Numbered from the stretch's first letter, positions 47,667 through 62,491 are shown. The stretch is 64,000 nucleotides of DNA from Neoechinorhynchus agilis (GCA_051530055.1 CM121341.1:992001-1056000); one strand, 5' to 3'. The notes: generated from the sequence alone by a model not told the origin. Made by a program: numbers and translations.

Positions 47667-50580
47667 TCAGCATAGTACACAAGACTCCACCCTGAGCCTA
47701 AGGTAATCCATAAAATAACCAATTTCTGTAGATGTCTGAAGAGGTGGATTTTGTCCACGAAATATTAAATAGCATGAATACTTCTACACGAACAAGAACT
47801 TTAGTTGAATTTCTTTTTATAGATCTCATGCGACTATATAAACGGAGGATAATAGTGGATTGGAAATTCGATTACCTAGGAAATTCATAGTGTCGAAACG
47901 CTACTATGACTACTCAGTGAGCCCGGCGTTGAATCATGGTTGCACCACAATGGCTTCGAATTCAACAACGAAGAATCTGTTCGCTTTTTAATGCAGTCAT
48001 TCATGAGGTTAAAATTTCGATTTAAAGCTTCTATAGGACAAATTATTCAACACACCACTCAAATAGTAGGCTTCATTAAATTAGGAAAGGAGGCGAGCAT
48101 ATCTCCTGTCTTATTCAATGACAAGTGATGCATATTATTCATCTTTTGCGCGTACTGGAGAAGTACCTTTACCAAGAGGAGACATAGGGAGTTTCAAATC
48201 AACGATGTGAGCCTTAGCGCAAAACGATTCAAAATCTAAAATAGTAACAAATCTTATTGTTGGTAGTATTAAAATTTATAAATTATTTACCTTAAAAGAG
48301 AGGGAGAATAGCCCGTTTTTATAAAAATCTTTTACAGAAAATACCAGTCTTTGAATTCGAGAAAAAAAACCGCAACGCAGACATTAAAAAAGAAAGGAAA
48401 CGAGAAATACATTTTTTATTTGCCCAATCTTTTATGCCAAATGCTCGTTAAGTAAAATAATATAGACATTAGAGAACAGCTTTATTTCTCACTTAGATCT
48501 TAAAGACATAAAGAATGCCATTGCGTGCCCTCGGTATCAGAATAATTCTAAAGCGTGGACCCAACGGAAATCTAGAGAATTTCATCTGAAGATCACGAAA
48601 ATGTTCAGCATTGTGCACTCTATCATGGATCCGATTATTTTCTCAGCTTCCAAAACTTAAAACTCGAATCAAGTCAGAGTAATTAAAGTAGAACGTTGTC
48701 GGGGAAAGATTAATCTTTTCAAACTTGAGGGCATATCTTTAAATATTAGATGCCATGTTTCTAAAGAACCAGAAAAAAAGCAATTATGTGCGAAGGGGTT
48801 TTTTGATTGGTCGAACGTTATCTTTGCCCTTATTTTTAATTGTTTTGCCGATTAACCTTGATTTCTAGTCTTTTAAGCCAACTAAATTCGGTTTCTGGTA
48901 ACGACGCACTTACGCTGACAAGTGGAGCAGAACGACATAAAGGTTTTCGATATAACGTTCGTTGCTCCTTGTAAATTATTACGGGACCTTCACACACCCT
49001 TTTCTAAAATGCATTTGTTGGGTTTGACTCCCGACACGTTAGTCAGTTGCACAACCAAACCATTTTATAGAAATGAGTGCAGTTGTGTACGGTCGTGGTG
49101 GTACGGCATCGAATTTAAAAAGGGTTTTTGTGGTTCGATTAAAAAAGTTGAGCGATGAGAATAACGTTGGTATTTTTTCAAAGCTCCTTGGAATACACTG
49201 AATCAGATTGGAGATTGTATCTACAACACCATTTATGAAATTCAGACTATTATGCTTTTTTTAAAGGATCTCATAAGCATAGACCGTGACTACTTTGTCT
49301 CGTGGAAAGGAAAACGCGATAGGCTTTTAGAGAAAAAGGAATCGAATTACGGAGATTTACAGATGCGCTCTGCATTCCATCAATAGTGCCTGTATGGCTT
49401 AAGTAATAGGACCGTTAAGGATATAAGCCGGGTGTGCTGAAAAGAAATGCTGAGATAACAAACGTTACTAGAAACACAGAAACGGGAAACGCTTGGGGTT
49501 TAATGCCGCTTGAAGTTGACATTTATAGACCTTGATAAAACTAATAAATCATATTTGGTAAGCTTATAAAAAATCCGCGATTTGGTAGAATGTTACCGAG
49601 AAAATATATGGGGCTTGGCAATCAAGGTAATAAATGTTTTGAGGACGGTAAAACGCATGTACAATAATTTAAACATTTAAATCTAGAACATTCGTTAGCT
49701 TCTTTTTTGCACGGATAAAATAGGTTCTCTTTCCGGTCGAAACGATTAAGACCGTTATTGGTTGCGCTAATTTTATTGAAGATCTGGCTCAATAACCAAC
49801 GAAACTTTTATATAATAAAGTAAGCAAAACAATGCAAATGTAGCAAGAAACAAAAAGGAATTGTCTAAACATGATCGTTTCACTAAAACCTTTTAGGAAT
49901 TCATCAACTTCATAAAGCTCTTAGAGATAACCGAAGGCGAACGCTGCTTGAGTTCATCATCATACAAAAAGATAAATTTCTAAAACCTTTTTACACTAAG
50001 CGAAGTTTAACCTATAATGCATTTTACGATTTTTACAAAATGAACCTAATATGCACCGCAACAATTTTTGATAATGACGAAAATGAGGCTGCTACAATAT
50101 GGCGGCTTCTGTTTAGCTTGGATAATACCCCTTGGACGAATCAAGACAGTCGGATATAAAATAAAAGCGATCTCTTATATTCTAAGCGTACCTATAGAGT
50201 CTCATCATCCACTCAATAGAAATTGGCACGGTGTGATGATAAAATCTACTTCATAAGAACAACGAAAAGTATGGTGACTATTATTGCATCCCAATTTTCA
50301 GATCTAGCAGAGGATTTTGTTAGATTAAACGGAATTCAGTATAGATTTCAATGGGAAATCGAACAAGGTCACTTGTCGTTTGTGTGTACAGATCTGATTC
50401 CATGCGACAGACTTTAATATCTCCGAGTATCAATGAGGTAAGCGGAATGAGAGATGTGAAGAATATGGAAACATCTGCAGAGTTATGCCAGATCCATTTA
50501 AAGGGTAGAATTACCGAACATTACCTTGAAAATAAACGAAGTGCCAATGTTCGCGTGTGAAAATGTTTGTCATTTAATTT

Positions 50581-51352
50581 TTTTAGCGATATTAAAACAA
50601 TTTTTTAAACAAAACTCCGAGAAAAGTCTAATGAACACCGTCATTTGAGAAAAATCTTTGTTTAATTATAAGACGCAGAACGGTTTAACTTAGTGGTTTC
50701 AGTCTTTTATCGAGAAACATAAAAATTTTTGATCCCATAAAATTATTACGGCGACAATAAAAAACCTGGCATTTATTCTTTTAGCGATATTAAAACAATT
50801 TTTTAAACAAAACTCCTAGAAAAGTCCAATGAATACTGTCATTTGAGAAAAATCTTTGTTTAATTACAAGACGCAGAACGGTTTAACTTAGTGATTTTAG
50901 TCTTTTATCGAGAAACACAAAATTTTTTGATCCCATAAAATTATTACGGCGACAATAAAAAAACCTGGCATTTATTCTTTTAGCGATATTAAAACAATTT
51001 TTAAACAAAACTCCGAGAAAGGTCCAATGAATACTGTCATTTGAGAAAAATCTTTGTTTAATTACAAGACGCAGAACGGTTTAACTTAGTGATTTTAGTC
51101 TTTTATCGAGAAACACAAAATTTTTTGATCCCATAAAATTATTACGACGACAATGAAAAACCTGGCATTTATTCTCTTAGCGATATTAAAACAATTTTTA
51201 AACAAAACTCCGAGAAAAGTCCAATTAATACTGTCATTTGAGAAAAATCTTTGTTTCATTATAAGACGCAGAACGGTTTACCTTAGTGATTTTAGTCTTT
51301 TATCGAGAAATATGAAGATTTTTGATCCCATAAAATTATTACTACGACAATA
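50581..51352. repeat. Tandem array of about 198-bp units, 4 copies
   Basis: TTAGCGATATTAAAACAATTTT..GACGCAGAACGGTTTA..GATCCCATAAAATTATTAC starts near 50581, 50779, 50978 and 51175. Confidence 0.95.
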
Positions 51353-53246
51353 ATTAAACCGACAATTATGGCAGTCGAAAAGTTTTGTTACAATTTTTGG
51401 AAAATACCCAAAAGTCGCTGTAAATTTCTTGAGTCGAAAAAATACAGGGACAGGCCATAATTCAATTTATCAAGCTACACAGTCGTTATCAAAGTGTAAA
51501 ATCAGTGAAGATTATAATTTTTTGACTTTATAGACGAAAATGTCCTCGTATCTTGATGTAAAGATAGAGGAAAAAGTCATACCTGAAGAACTTTGATCGA
51601 CGCCATTAATTGCATTAATATACGACTGTTTTCTTAATAGTTGTGGTTTTCGTTGCCCGGCGTCACTTGCTGTTCGTGGTAAGCTTGCATTTATAACGTT
51701 TGGAGCAAATCTCCGTTCAATACTAGCCTAAAATCTCCATAAACTCGATTATTGCATACTTCAAATTCGCTTGCCTGCACGTTTTGAGTCGGTTTTGGGT
51801 TCCAGCTCATGTGATAACTGGCAGTCATGTTGTTTTTTGAAATCATTTTAGCAATTTCCTTATTATCTCACATACATCGACGAATATCTGAAATGCTGTG
51901 GATAGCAATAGACACTTTATAGAGGCTTATCGAATCTCGACGACCACCACCACAACATATACACTTCTCTAATGCATTTGGTATATGTGCAAGCCGATCT
52001 CCAGACATTTCGGTGCTGGTGTTTTGGAGGAATTGTGTTTGCAAGGATGACCTATCTCAGAAGTTCCTCTCCGTCAGTATTCACCTTTATCCGTCCTTGC
52101 TAACTGTCAATTAAAGGACATGGATAGATTGAAGAAAAAAAAGAGTTTCGGCATTCTAACGAACGAAATTCTGAATATACATATAAAGAGAGCGAGAGAG
52201 AGCGAAAAGCCGATTGGCTGACGTTCTATTTTTCCGCGCATGTGAGCATATTCTGCACACTGAAGGCAGACTCACTTTCCGCGTTCATCGCACTTTTCTA
52301 CAAAGACTGTGCAGTCTAAAGCAACTGACTGGTCGGTCTACTCCTGGGCTGGGGTTGGGAGGTCATAGAACACAAAAGGAGAAGCGTTCAATTGTGTTTT
52401 CGAAATGCGTGTACGTGCTCGATGATAAGAACAAAAGGAAACGGGGATTTATATAGCAACGAAGGAGCGTTAACGAAGAAATGCGATGGAAATGTATAAA
52501 GAAGCTGACAGATTGTTGATTATAAATTTATCTTGAATCTACGCGTCCTATCTATTAATGAGGCAGCATTTGAAGGTCCGAGGAGACATTCCTCATGAAT
52601 ATTCTCAGTTCAAGCTCGGCTAAATCAACACATAAAACCCCAAGTGGCTTTTTAACGGATACACATTATGCGCTGTTTGGAACAGTCGCTGCTCGGGCTA
52701 ATGTATCCATAACCCGTTATGGCTTTTGTTTTTGGATATCACCACTTCTTGATCGTAATGGTGATAATCAGCTTCAACCTAAGTCGATGCGAGAAATCCC
52801 CTTTAGTTACAGGTGGCTTAAATCACATTTGCGACGTGAGTGAACGCAAAAATCACTGTTGTTTTTTCGTATACAATTGAGTTCATGTAGAGAAGTATGC
52901 GTTAAAAAGAATTTTTAAAGGACGAAAAACGTGCTTCAAAAGTTTCCACGATGTAGAGTCGCAAAAGGTTCTTAAAAACCAATTGAAACTTTCCAAAAGT
53001 CAAGAATCTCATGGGAAACATTGACTTCGAAACTAGCGTTAAATAAGTGCTTGTGGCCTAAAAACTAATAGAAACCATTAATCGATCTTGAGACAAGTTG
53101 AAGAAGATTTATGTAGGTTTAAAAGCAGTCAAGTGCTGCATGTAACTATCTTTTTAACTGAGAATACTTCTATTGCTCCATGGATACTTTTAAGGCATAG
53201 GGAGAAGCGCCCGCAAGATCTGTTTAAATAACCTGCGATTTAGTTT

Positions 53247-53340
53247 CGAGGCAATGCTGCTGGCGTGATAGCGACAGCCGAGGAAGGAGAGAAGCTAAGA
53301 TTTTGTGGACGGTGGTGATTGCACGTTTTGTACTTTAACA
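53247..53340 (+). mobile_element. CRE-like 3' end, same subfamily as 10441-10737
   Basis: RGNAAGVIATAEEGEKLRFCGRW* followed by the shared 3' UTR start TTGCACGTT. Confidence 0.85.
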
Positions 53341-54799
53341 AATAAAATTTAATAATTTCAAATTTGCGTCAGCTACTTTTAGGATTGGCTTTCCCAATAG
53401 GATACAAATAGCGCAAAAAGAGATAGATGCACTTTATATATATTTGAAGATCTTCGCCATTTACTAACAATGAAACGAGCTTTAGAATGGTTTTTAGGCC
53501 ATTTCAAAAATTAATATCGGAACGAACAGAAACCTTCACGTTTCACTTCGTCGACTTTGCCAAAATTCTAGCATTTGATTGGCGATGTTTTTGCGAAAAC
53601 CTAATATCGCTTTTATCAAAGCTGTTCTTTTGGCCAATTAGAATTAAAATGATAAAAAAGGTGTACATTAATCCATGGAAGTTCAATAGGCTAAATTCTT
53701 AAACAAAGTTATCTGAACTAAAATTCTTGAGCAATTAGTCTACAGAATGTTCGTAAATTGCCCGGGTGCACTTCTTTATTAAAATCATGTTTATCAATGT
53801 TGCAAGGGTTCTCTTTTTCGCTAAAATGATACGCAACAAGTTAGTCGATCAATAAAAAAACTCCAAATTGTCCAAAATTAAGATTTGCATTATGATCAGC
53901 TCACAGTAAATAGTCGAATTTATGCGGGTTCGACATGAGATCGTTAGCAAAATATTATCACACTGTAAAGGAATCTTTATTTAACGAGCGTCAAGGACTT
54001 CCCTTGGGAGAAATTACGATATCTTATTGCGGATTGTGAACAACCGCTGTTTTCACTTTTGATTCCAATCAGCATTTATCAGCATCTTTAGGCGTGATAA
54101 TAAGTTTGGCTACATGTCGAGATTCCATTCGGAAATTGTTTTTTAAGACGCAAAAAAACAAGCGGGTACAGAAAAATTTATACACTTATGAGAAAGTGTT
54201 AAAATTACTTACATGACACCGTGGCGATTGATTTAAGCGGCGAACTTTATCCGTTCCAAGGTTGAAGTTCACGCAAAAGCATTCTTCAGAAATCGGAATA
54301 ACGTTCGCGTTCACAATAAGTTGACTTTTCTTGTGTAATGCCCGGGATTAGGTTTATGAAAGATTTATAGTTTATATTTCATCCAAAGGGCGCTTTTAAA
54401 TTTAGTGCAAATCAGCAACGAAGAAAAGTAAACAAAGGATTGATGCAAACATTTTGAAAGCACTCTAGGTGAATCGTTTTTCATGTGAGTGCCTTATTGA
54501 ATTTTAATTGAAATATTTTATACCATAGTGATCTAAAATAATTTTAGGTCGCATGTTTTGCTTCCCTATCTAGTTTTCCATATTCTGGCTGCGACTTCAC
54601 GAAAAAAGAAACCTTTAAAAAATTTCCGACTCAATGTTATTTCGAATAAACTTTTTTATCCCAATTAAATAGGTTAGGTACCAACGAAAGTGCGACAAAA
54701 AATTGATTTTTATCATTTTGCCAAAATCTTGATTAGTCTTTTATACTTTAACCACACAAAATAAAAGCAATAACTTTAAAATAAAATTCAAATTATTGA

Positions 54800-55415
54800 T
54801 CACTCCGTGTTCGTATCATCGCTGCTGTACCACTTCTCGGCACTCGGTACCACACGAATCCTATCAACCTTAAGAACATTATGATAACGATTATCATTGC
54901 ATCCATGATTCAATTTATCGTCTGAATGGCACACCAGACGGCATTTACTGCAGCAATTACATTCTGATTGCGATGTGCCCGATTCCACCCTTTGCACAGT
55001 TGAGACGCCTACTTCGGACATTGGTTCAGTAGCCGAAACCAAGTCGGAGTTGTCCATTGTAGAGCTTTCATGGGACGCCAAGGTGTTCATCTGAGTTTTA
55101 AATTCATCTAAATCATTTTCAGCACTTTCTACAATTTTCCTTAAAGCAAGTTCTGGATTGCTTCGGTACGGATTTGGTCGAATAACGGAGATTGAACAAC
55201 CTGGCTGCGCAATGTCTTCATAGATGACATCTCCTATATCAACGGATATCTTCGGATTATTGGATCCCAACACTTTTCCGGTGACTGCTGATGAACATTC
55301 ACTATTCGGATCAAGCGCGTAGGTCAAACGGCTGATAAAGTTGTCAGGATATGAAGAATCTCGGACAGTAGTAGTTTTGATTGATTCACAGCGCTCATCC
55401 ATCAACGTTTTTAAT
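54800..55415 (-). CDS. Putative large exon (about 200 codons, Ser/Asp-rich) of an unidentified gene, possibly a 5' exon of the RhoGAP
   Basis: Long open frame in AT-rich DNA with an acceptor-like GTAG upstream; no family motif. Confidence 0.5.
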
Positions 55416-55657
55416 CTACCTCAAGAAGTGGAAACACCTACGGATAGAGCGTTGCCATGGTGAACACTTAAAAAAATTCTCAATATTCATTTCTAACAAA
55501 TTAAGTTCGTATAAGTAGAAAAACTATAAAACTAATAGGACATTAATTTTAGTTCATTTTACCTCTTTAATTGAACAAAATGTGAAATGAAAGTAAGTTT
55601 ATGCAATTGTAGGCTAAGTAAATTATAATTTTTCTGTTTTGGTGGCAATATCTAGTG

Positions 55658-55726
55658 CAGAACATATCCTTGGCTATCCAGCGAGGAAACGCAGCGAGTG
55701 TCTTGGGGACGGTGAAGGACAATTGA
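55658..55726 (+). mobile_element. Short CRE-like 3' end from a further subfamily
   Basis: QNISLAIQRGNAASVLGTVKDN*. Confidence 0.8.
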
Positions 55727-58700
55727 GAATAATATAAGTACATTAATTGATTGTATATTGTAATATTAAATGAGTTTCTAAGCTAAAAAATATTTATTAA
55801 ACACTTTAGAAGCGAAATTATTATACCGGTTTCAGTATATCATACATTCAAGCTTATCGCACAAAGAAGCGAGAATTGCCATACGTCTTAAAATGCCAAG
55901 CGTAAAAATGTATCTTACATGTAAGATAAAAAAACTACGATAAAAATCCTAAAAAAAACATTGAAAAATCATACCTGTGAGTTTTTGTTGCAACTAAAAA
56001 TCTTTGCTGATTTCATCTGTCATTAATGTCGCATTATATTCGCATTAGACGTGAAAGGTGAATCGTTTCTTCATAGCCACTACGTTATGGCTTATTTAGC
56101 GCTAAAATTTTAATCTCGATATGATAAATGTGTTTCATAATATTCTAAAAGATTGATTTTCAAGCAATAAATTCAGATGTGAAGTCGTTAAAGAGGTAGA
56201 CGTGTTAATAATAAACCAAAAGAGAATTCTATTTTTCAAATCTTTAAAAGGAATAAGCAAGACTTGCTTTAAATAGAACAAAATGAATTTAAGAATTTTA
56301 TATAGATAAAATTGTACGTTTAATGTTTATCAAATGTTGATTTCGAAATGCCTACATCGCGTATCTTGAATGAAAAATACAGTTTGATAGTCATTGGCTT
56401 CTTTACAACGTACTTTTGAGCATGCATCAATACTTGGAAAGATATTATATCGCTCATTGACACCAAAATAGCCACATCTCGGTTGAACCGCATCTGAGAT
56501 GTCTTTATACGTATAAAAATAACGAAGAAATATCTATTAAATCATTGTATATGAAAATCCAATGAATGGGTCTAGTTCTTTAATAGCGGATCAAACTATA
56601 ACCGAAAAACTATTAGTCGATTACTAATCAAAGAGCTCAAACAGAAACTTTATAATTAAAACTGAAGTATAGTTGGGTTAATACATCACGTAAATACAAA
56701 AGTTCATGCCTCCATCGAAAATGCATTGTTCTTTATTTCTGAAGAATGTAAATACATTCACAATAGCCAGCGAATCTGCGTACTCATGGCACCAAACATC
56801 AAATACTAAATTTTGTATTTGATGTTATCAACTTATTTTTTTATCAAATCTATGCTAATGAGGAATAAAGAACGCGAATGGATTGATTAAAATCCTGCTA
56901 TCAGATGAGCATTTGAACATTTTGCATTAACGCTTCTTAGAATATCGAAGATTTTGATGCTATACCTAAACTTTTCTACTGCGAAAAAAAGGCTTCATAA
57001 CTTTCCCTCTTATATCTAAACACTAAAACAACCTTAATAAAGGTACGAAATTGTGCCGAAATATCGGATTTAATCGAAATTCCTTAAATTTTTCCACCAT
57101 AAACAAGCATATACCCAAACTATTAAGGACCGAAAATTCTCGAGATGTAAAAATTGTACGATTCATAACATTGTAGCAATCAAAAAGGAGGAGAATACAC
57201 TAAATTTTCGCGGCCTGTTAGAAACTGGTATCGAATTCGTCCATGATTCTTTTTTTTGCAACCAAACTAACTATTGATTGGTATATTGGATGACATAAGA
57301 TAATGTACCATTTTATTACGATTTTTTTACACAAAATAAATTGAATCTGAAATACTAAATTCAGTAAATGTCGAGTTTTGCATTCAATCTTTTCTTTGTA
57401 CGGAAAATAAGACTAAATATCGACGAATTATCTCAACTACAACAGGTGAAGGCAGTGGCATTTTCTGTTTAAAATGTCTAAACCGATAACAAGTCCAAGA
57501 TATTTTATACTTGGCATTTGGACGCGCCGTTGATTTCTCGAGCAATGCACAATAAAGCGATTTTGTTTGATTGTGTCCAATATTTGATGATAAATCATAC
57601 TAAGTAATCATCGGTCACTTTTAAATTAAAAAAAAACAGCAATTTTGTTTCAGGAAACATTGATATCGTATTAACAGTGCGTTAAGAATACCTAAAAACG
57701 CTTCATAATAAAAACGTTGAGTTCCTCGTTGTTAAAATTGTTTTCACACATTGAAGCCATTTCAAAGTGCAACAACAATTCCGTTTAAAAGCCTGAAAAA
57801 ATTAACTGAGCAACACCTTTTTGGATGCGGCTGTTCCAGCATGATCACAAACTTTTTCAGAATGATTTCCATTTTTCTTGCATACAAACTTCATGAATCT
57901 ATCAATGATTAAAATTGACTTTATATTAAATCGTTTCTCTTAACGTCTGAACTATTTTTTACAATGAACGACTACATGAGTATTATCAGATGAATGGAAT
58001 CCAGGGTTGTGATTGAAAGAGGCTTCTAGTCTTCGACTACATGTTCATATCATTTTTCATGCGCCTTGTCCTCATTTATCAAGCCATAACGAAACATTGG
58101 ATATCACCAACAACAGTCAAAAAATACCAATTTGTATTTACTCGTCTTCAAAGGGAAAGCTAAGGCTAGCTACGCAATAGAATCAATCAAAGTCGTCTAT
58201 GAGCTGATTAGCAAAGGTTGAAGGTGTACATTATACAGGTTGGAAACGCCAAAGAAACTCAGTTTATCTCCATTCCTCGCCGTGTATTTTCGCCTTTACA
58301 AGATAGTCCCGTCGTGACTGGGAGTCTTACTATAAATAACAATCGATAAAACGCCTTCTACATCGCTTAAATCCACCTTCACATCAGCCATTCAAACAAT
58401 TGGTTTGTCTCTCAGTGCTCTTCGCACAGAATCCGCCAACGGATTTGAGACTCCCATTGTGGATTTTAGCTACTGACTAACGCAATCGCTTGATAGAAAA
58501 AATTCCTGTGCAACTAAGGTGAGTGGAAAGACTACAAAAGGACGTTCTCGGTCGCTCAATTATATGACTTGGCGACATAAGCCAGATACGTCCAACTCAT
58601 TGTTTATACATTCCCGAATGATTAACCGATTTTTTGTCGGCAAATCTATCCGAAGGATTACAAACCTCGAAAATTCTTGGATTATGAGAATGTAAATCGT

Positions 58701-61061
58701 TGAGTTTTACACAAATGCCTTTTGATCTAAAAAATCCAGAGAACCAATCATCAAAGAAGGATTTTTAAAGTGCGAAATATCGTTTAAATCATTGTAATAA
58801 AATCCATTCGGGGACGCCAAGAATTTAAAAATTGACCGCAATTTGGTTTTTGATAGAATATTCACCATTCTATGTTCAGCGATTTTTATATCCTTCGCGA
58901 ATTACTAAGAACATTTTGGAATACTTGATGGTATCCGGACTATTACTTTAATGATTTAAATCTTTATACTCACATGGGCGGCAACTTGCATCTGTCCAAG
59001 ATTTCCAACAATCTATAGATAGAATTTCCATAACTCAAGTTTTACTCAATTCAGTCGTCGATTATAGTTGTTGAACTCATAAAGTGCCTTTCAGAACTCA
59101 TTTTACTCACAATGCACTTTTCTAGAGCATTTCAAGTTGTCAAGTTCTATAAAATTTAAATCTCCTTCCGAAAACATCTAGTGCACTTTGTCTAAATTTT
59201 AATTTTCTGACACTTATATTTGCTGAAAGGGATTTTCTTGAAGTTCTTTTCGTTTAACTGCTATATATCATAATTTCGCAAGAGAGAATTGTTCATTCTG
59301 AACAGACTACCCTTAAAATCGCTTTTTCAAGAATTAACCAATCAGGAATGAATATTCGCCGGCTTAATTATATTGCGATTTTATTATCAAAATTTCGCTT
59401 TGATCTTCTTTCAATTTTCCGGTTATGCGTTCACTATACGGTTCACAATACTATTTTGATTTATTCTGTTCAAGAACCTTGACAAACTACTATCCGCTAC
59501 TTAAAGGTATGCGAAGATTTATGGGCTCAGAACTGCAAAACAACGAAGAAAAGGCACGTGGCTTATTGAAAATTCTCAATTGATTATAACGCCACGTTTT
59601 TAGATTTCAAAGCGTAATTTTTGAATATTAGAAAAAAAGAAAATACTTTTTGAAGAAAAACTTTTAATATTCGAAATATTAAAATTGCGCTTAAATCACA
59701 TGAAAAATATAGCAATAAAATAAGTTTAAACAAGGTCCGTAGTTTAATAAAATTATAATCACATTGAGATAGCCAATTTCATTAAAATTCAAAATTCCTC
59801 GATTTGAAGTTTGCTGATACATAACTACAATATTTGGAAGATAACAGAACAAGAAAAGAACTGAATGGGAGGCGCTCGTCCACATTATCCTAAGATAGAT
59901 TAAATATGAAGATAATTGAAAACAATGGTTCTATTTTGACTTCAAATTTTTGTAAAAAAATTATTTGCTTTCTTCTTACGAACAATCAAGAACATGGAAT
60001 GTTGAACTTTAATTACAAAATTATAAATAATCAGAGGAATATTAAAAAAAATGAGGAGAAGAAAGTATATCAAAAATTTATAACAAAATCAAAGGAAGTG
60101 AGCATATTTTTGTAGAATGTTTGCAGATAATGCAACAAACTAAAAAAAATATTCAAATATTATGTTGTGGGTTTACTATAAAGTTGATTGCACATATTTT
60201 GTAGAAAATTCTTTTAAATATTTTTCCCTGTCATAGGAATAGAACCGAAATTTAATTTTTCGCGTTCATATTTGTGGCCATTCTTTAAAAAAAAATCCAA
60301 GAAATTGTGAGGTCGTCCTGCCTTCAAGCCCTCCCATCAACACCCACCCTAATGGCTCATTGACACCATTGTGCCATTGAACGGCTCATAATGGCATTAA
60401 TTTTACAGCCCATATCCTCCTTCTTTCCTTCTTGCATCAAATCAATAAATTCGTTAATCGATTGAGTGTACGGCATTATCACACTTGCATCCCCAGTTAA
60501 TATAACCATTCCACGCACTTGGAAATAGCAATAAAATCCAGTTAAACGACTACTCGTCGAAGCACACCGTCTTTTCGTCCTTCAATACTATATAATGAGC
60601 GTTAGTTAATGGTAATATCGGCACCTGTTTTAAAGAGATGAGCTTCTTAGATAATTTCCTGTAGAAGCAGTCAATATTTGCGTTCGAGTACATTTCGGCG
60701 GACATCATCTGGGGCTCGTTTTTCTTGGTTCTGTTTACCATTTTTGTGCCATGTACACGCCCATAAAAACCGTTCTGCTAGTCTATCTAATCTGTTCGCC
60801 TTATCCTTAATCGAGCCATATATATCCCGATCTGTGTTTGGCTTTGATTATCGTTGTCTAAAGCGTATAAACCTCTTTGAATTAGTATTTTTTGTTCTAT
60901 ATGGGCACGCCCTCGATTGTGATTCGGCTCCTTAATCTTTTATAACGATCCGTAGCCTCGATCAGGTAACTAAGACCGGGTCATTTAGGTTTGTCAGATT
61001 TGGTCAATTTAGTTTACAAGATACGTGCATCTCTGTCGAATTTACACGCACACGCATACAA

Positions 61062-62491
61062 ATGGCACATCCTCTTTGCTTGGATCAGGATTTGTACGCA
61101 TTCGGAACAGCGGCAGCCACCCAATACCTCTGGAACTCACGACAACCTCAAACACTCCAGTCATCTCAAACTGTACCACATATCTTCTCAATGAACTTGA
61201 ATCCAGTGCACGACGCTTTCGGTACTATAAATCCGTGGAACATCTATCAACAACAACAACAACAACCTTACAACCATTCCGTCGTCCATTCATATCAACA
61301 ACCGGTTCCTTACTACCAAAAACCAATCGAGGACGAATATGAGCCAAGCACAAAACGATCAAGATTACCTATTGGACTTGTTGAACAGGAAATTCAAACT
61401 GTCATCGTCAGAAGACAATGTAAGTGATTTTAAAGAAGTTCACACAAAATTAATAGATTTTAAAATATCATCTAAAAAAGGCAACTTTCCAAACTTTAAC
61501 CTCGAATTTAATCGCTTCTTTTTTTATTAGCAACACTTTTTTGGGATACATTGAACTTTATCATGGTGGCGCCGACTCTATTCCATTCTCCACCTCATTT
61601 ACACGGAGATGAAGGGATATTTTGCCGCATGATTTCCTTGCACAATTCCTCATTTACGTTCCTGTACGCAAAATTGAGAATATATCAGCAAAATGTGTGG
61701 CTTAGGATTTTTACGAGAAAACGTAGATCCAGATTTATGTTGCCTAGTTCGGTCCATGCTAAAGATAAGATTTCGGCGATTTGGATAGGTACGACTAACA
61801 ATTAAAAATCATTAATAACAGAAAATTTGTGAAATGATTTCTGTATAAAAACATTAAATGTAAAGCGTTCTTGTAAATTATCCATTTTCTGCATTTAGGT
61901 ATAAGCAAAAAGAACGCTAAGCGCCTTAAACGTCTGAAGCACCTTCGAAACTTCTTTACTTCTTCATACCAACGTTCAGCAGTTGACCCTTCTTCATGGT
62001 GTTTTCATTTTTGGCTTGAGACTCTACGGGAGATCAAATTAAGTCAAAGTGGATTCGAAAGAGTAACAGCAAAACTAAGACATATTTCACAATTTATGAC
62101 CCAGGCCATACAGCAACTTTCCAATGAGTACTCCATTGACGTGTACATGCTTCTGGCTGCTGTTATATCGATTCCGTTCGTCGCTGAGACGGAACTGACC
62201 GTTGAACGATCGTTTGTCACATTTTGCGACCTTATTGAGGATATTCTAAAGATCAACGGAATCTTAGAGTCTGAATTAAACGAGAGACATCATCATGGTT
62301 TGGTACCAGATTTAAAGGCCAATATAAAACCGAAAAAAGCAAAGCTGTCCATTCTGGTAAATGCACTGTTCAATATCATCAATGAATTTGATCTAAATCA
62401 ACAACAGTCGTATAGCAATGTACTCTCGACACCAGGGCAGAACAGAGATCATTTACAGAGATCATACCTTTATCCTTATGGTTACGTTTAA
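61062..62491 (+). CDS. Two-exon orphan protein with a Gln-rich N-terminus; exons 61062-61419 and 61899-62491
   Basis: GTAAGT donor at 61420 and TTTAG acceptor at 61898 join in frame, giving an open product of about 316 aa. Confidence 0.7.

Noticed and set aside
55900-60300. Scattered exon-like segments in AT-rich DNA
   Set aside because: All are under 60 codons with no homology, and no reliable gene model was possible.
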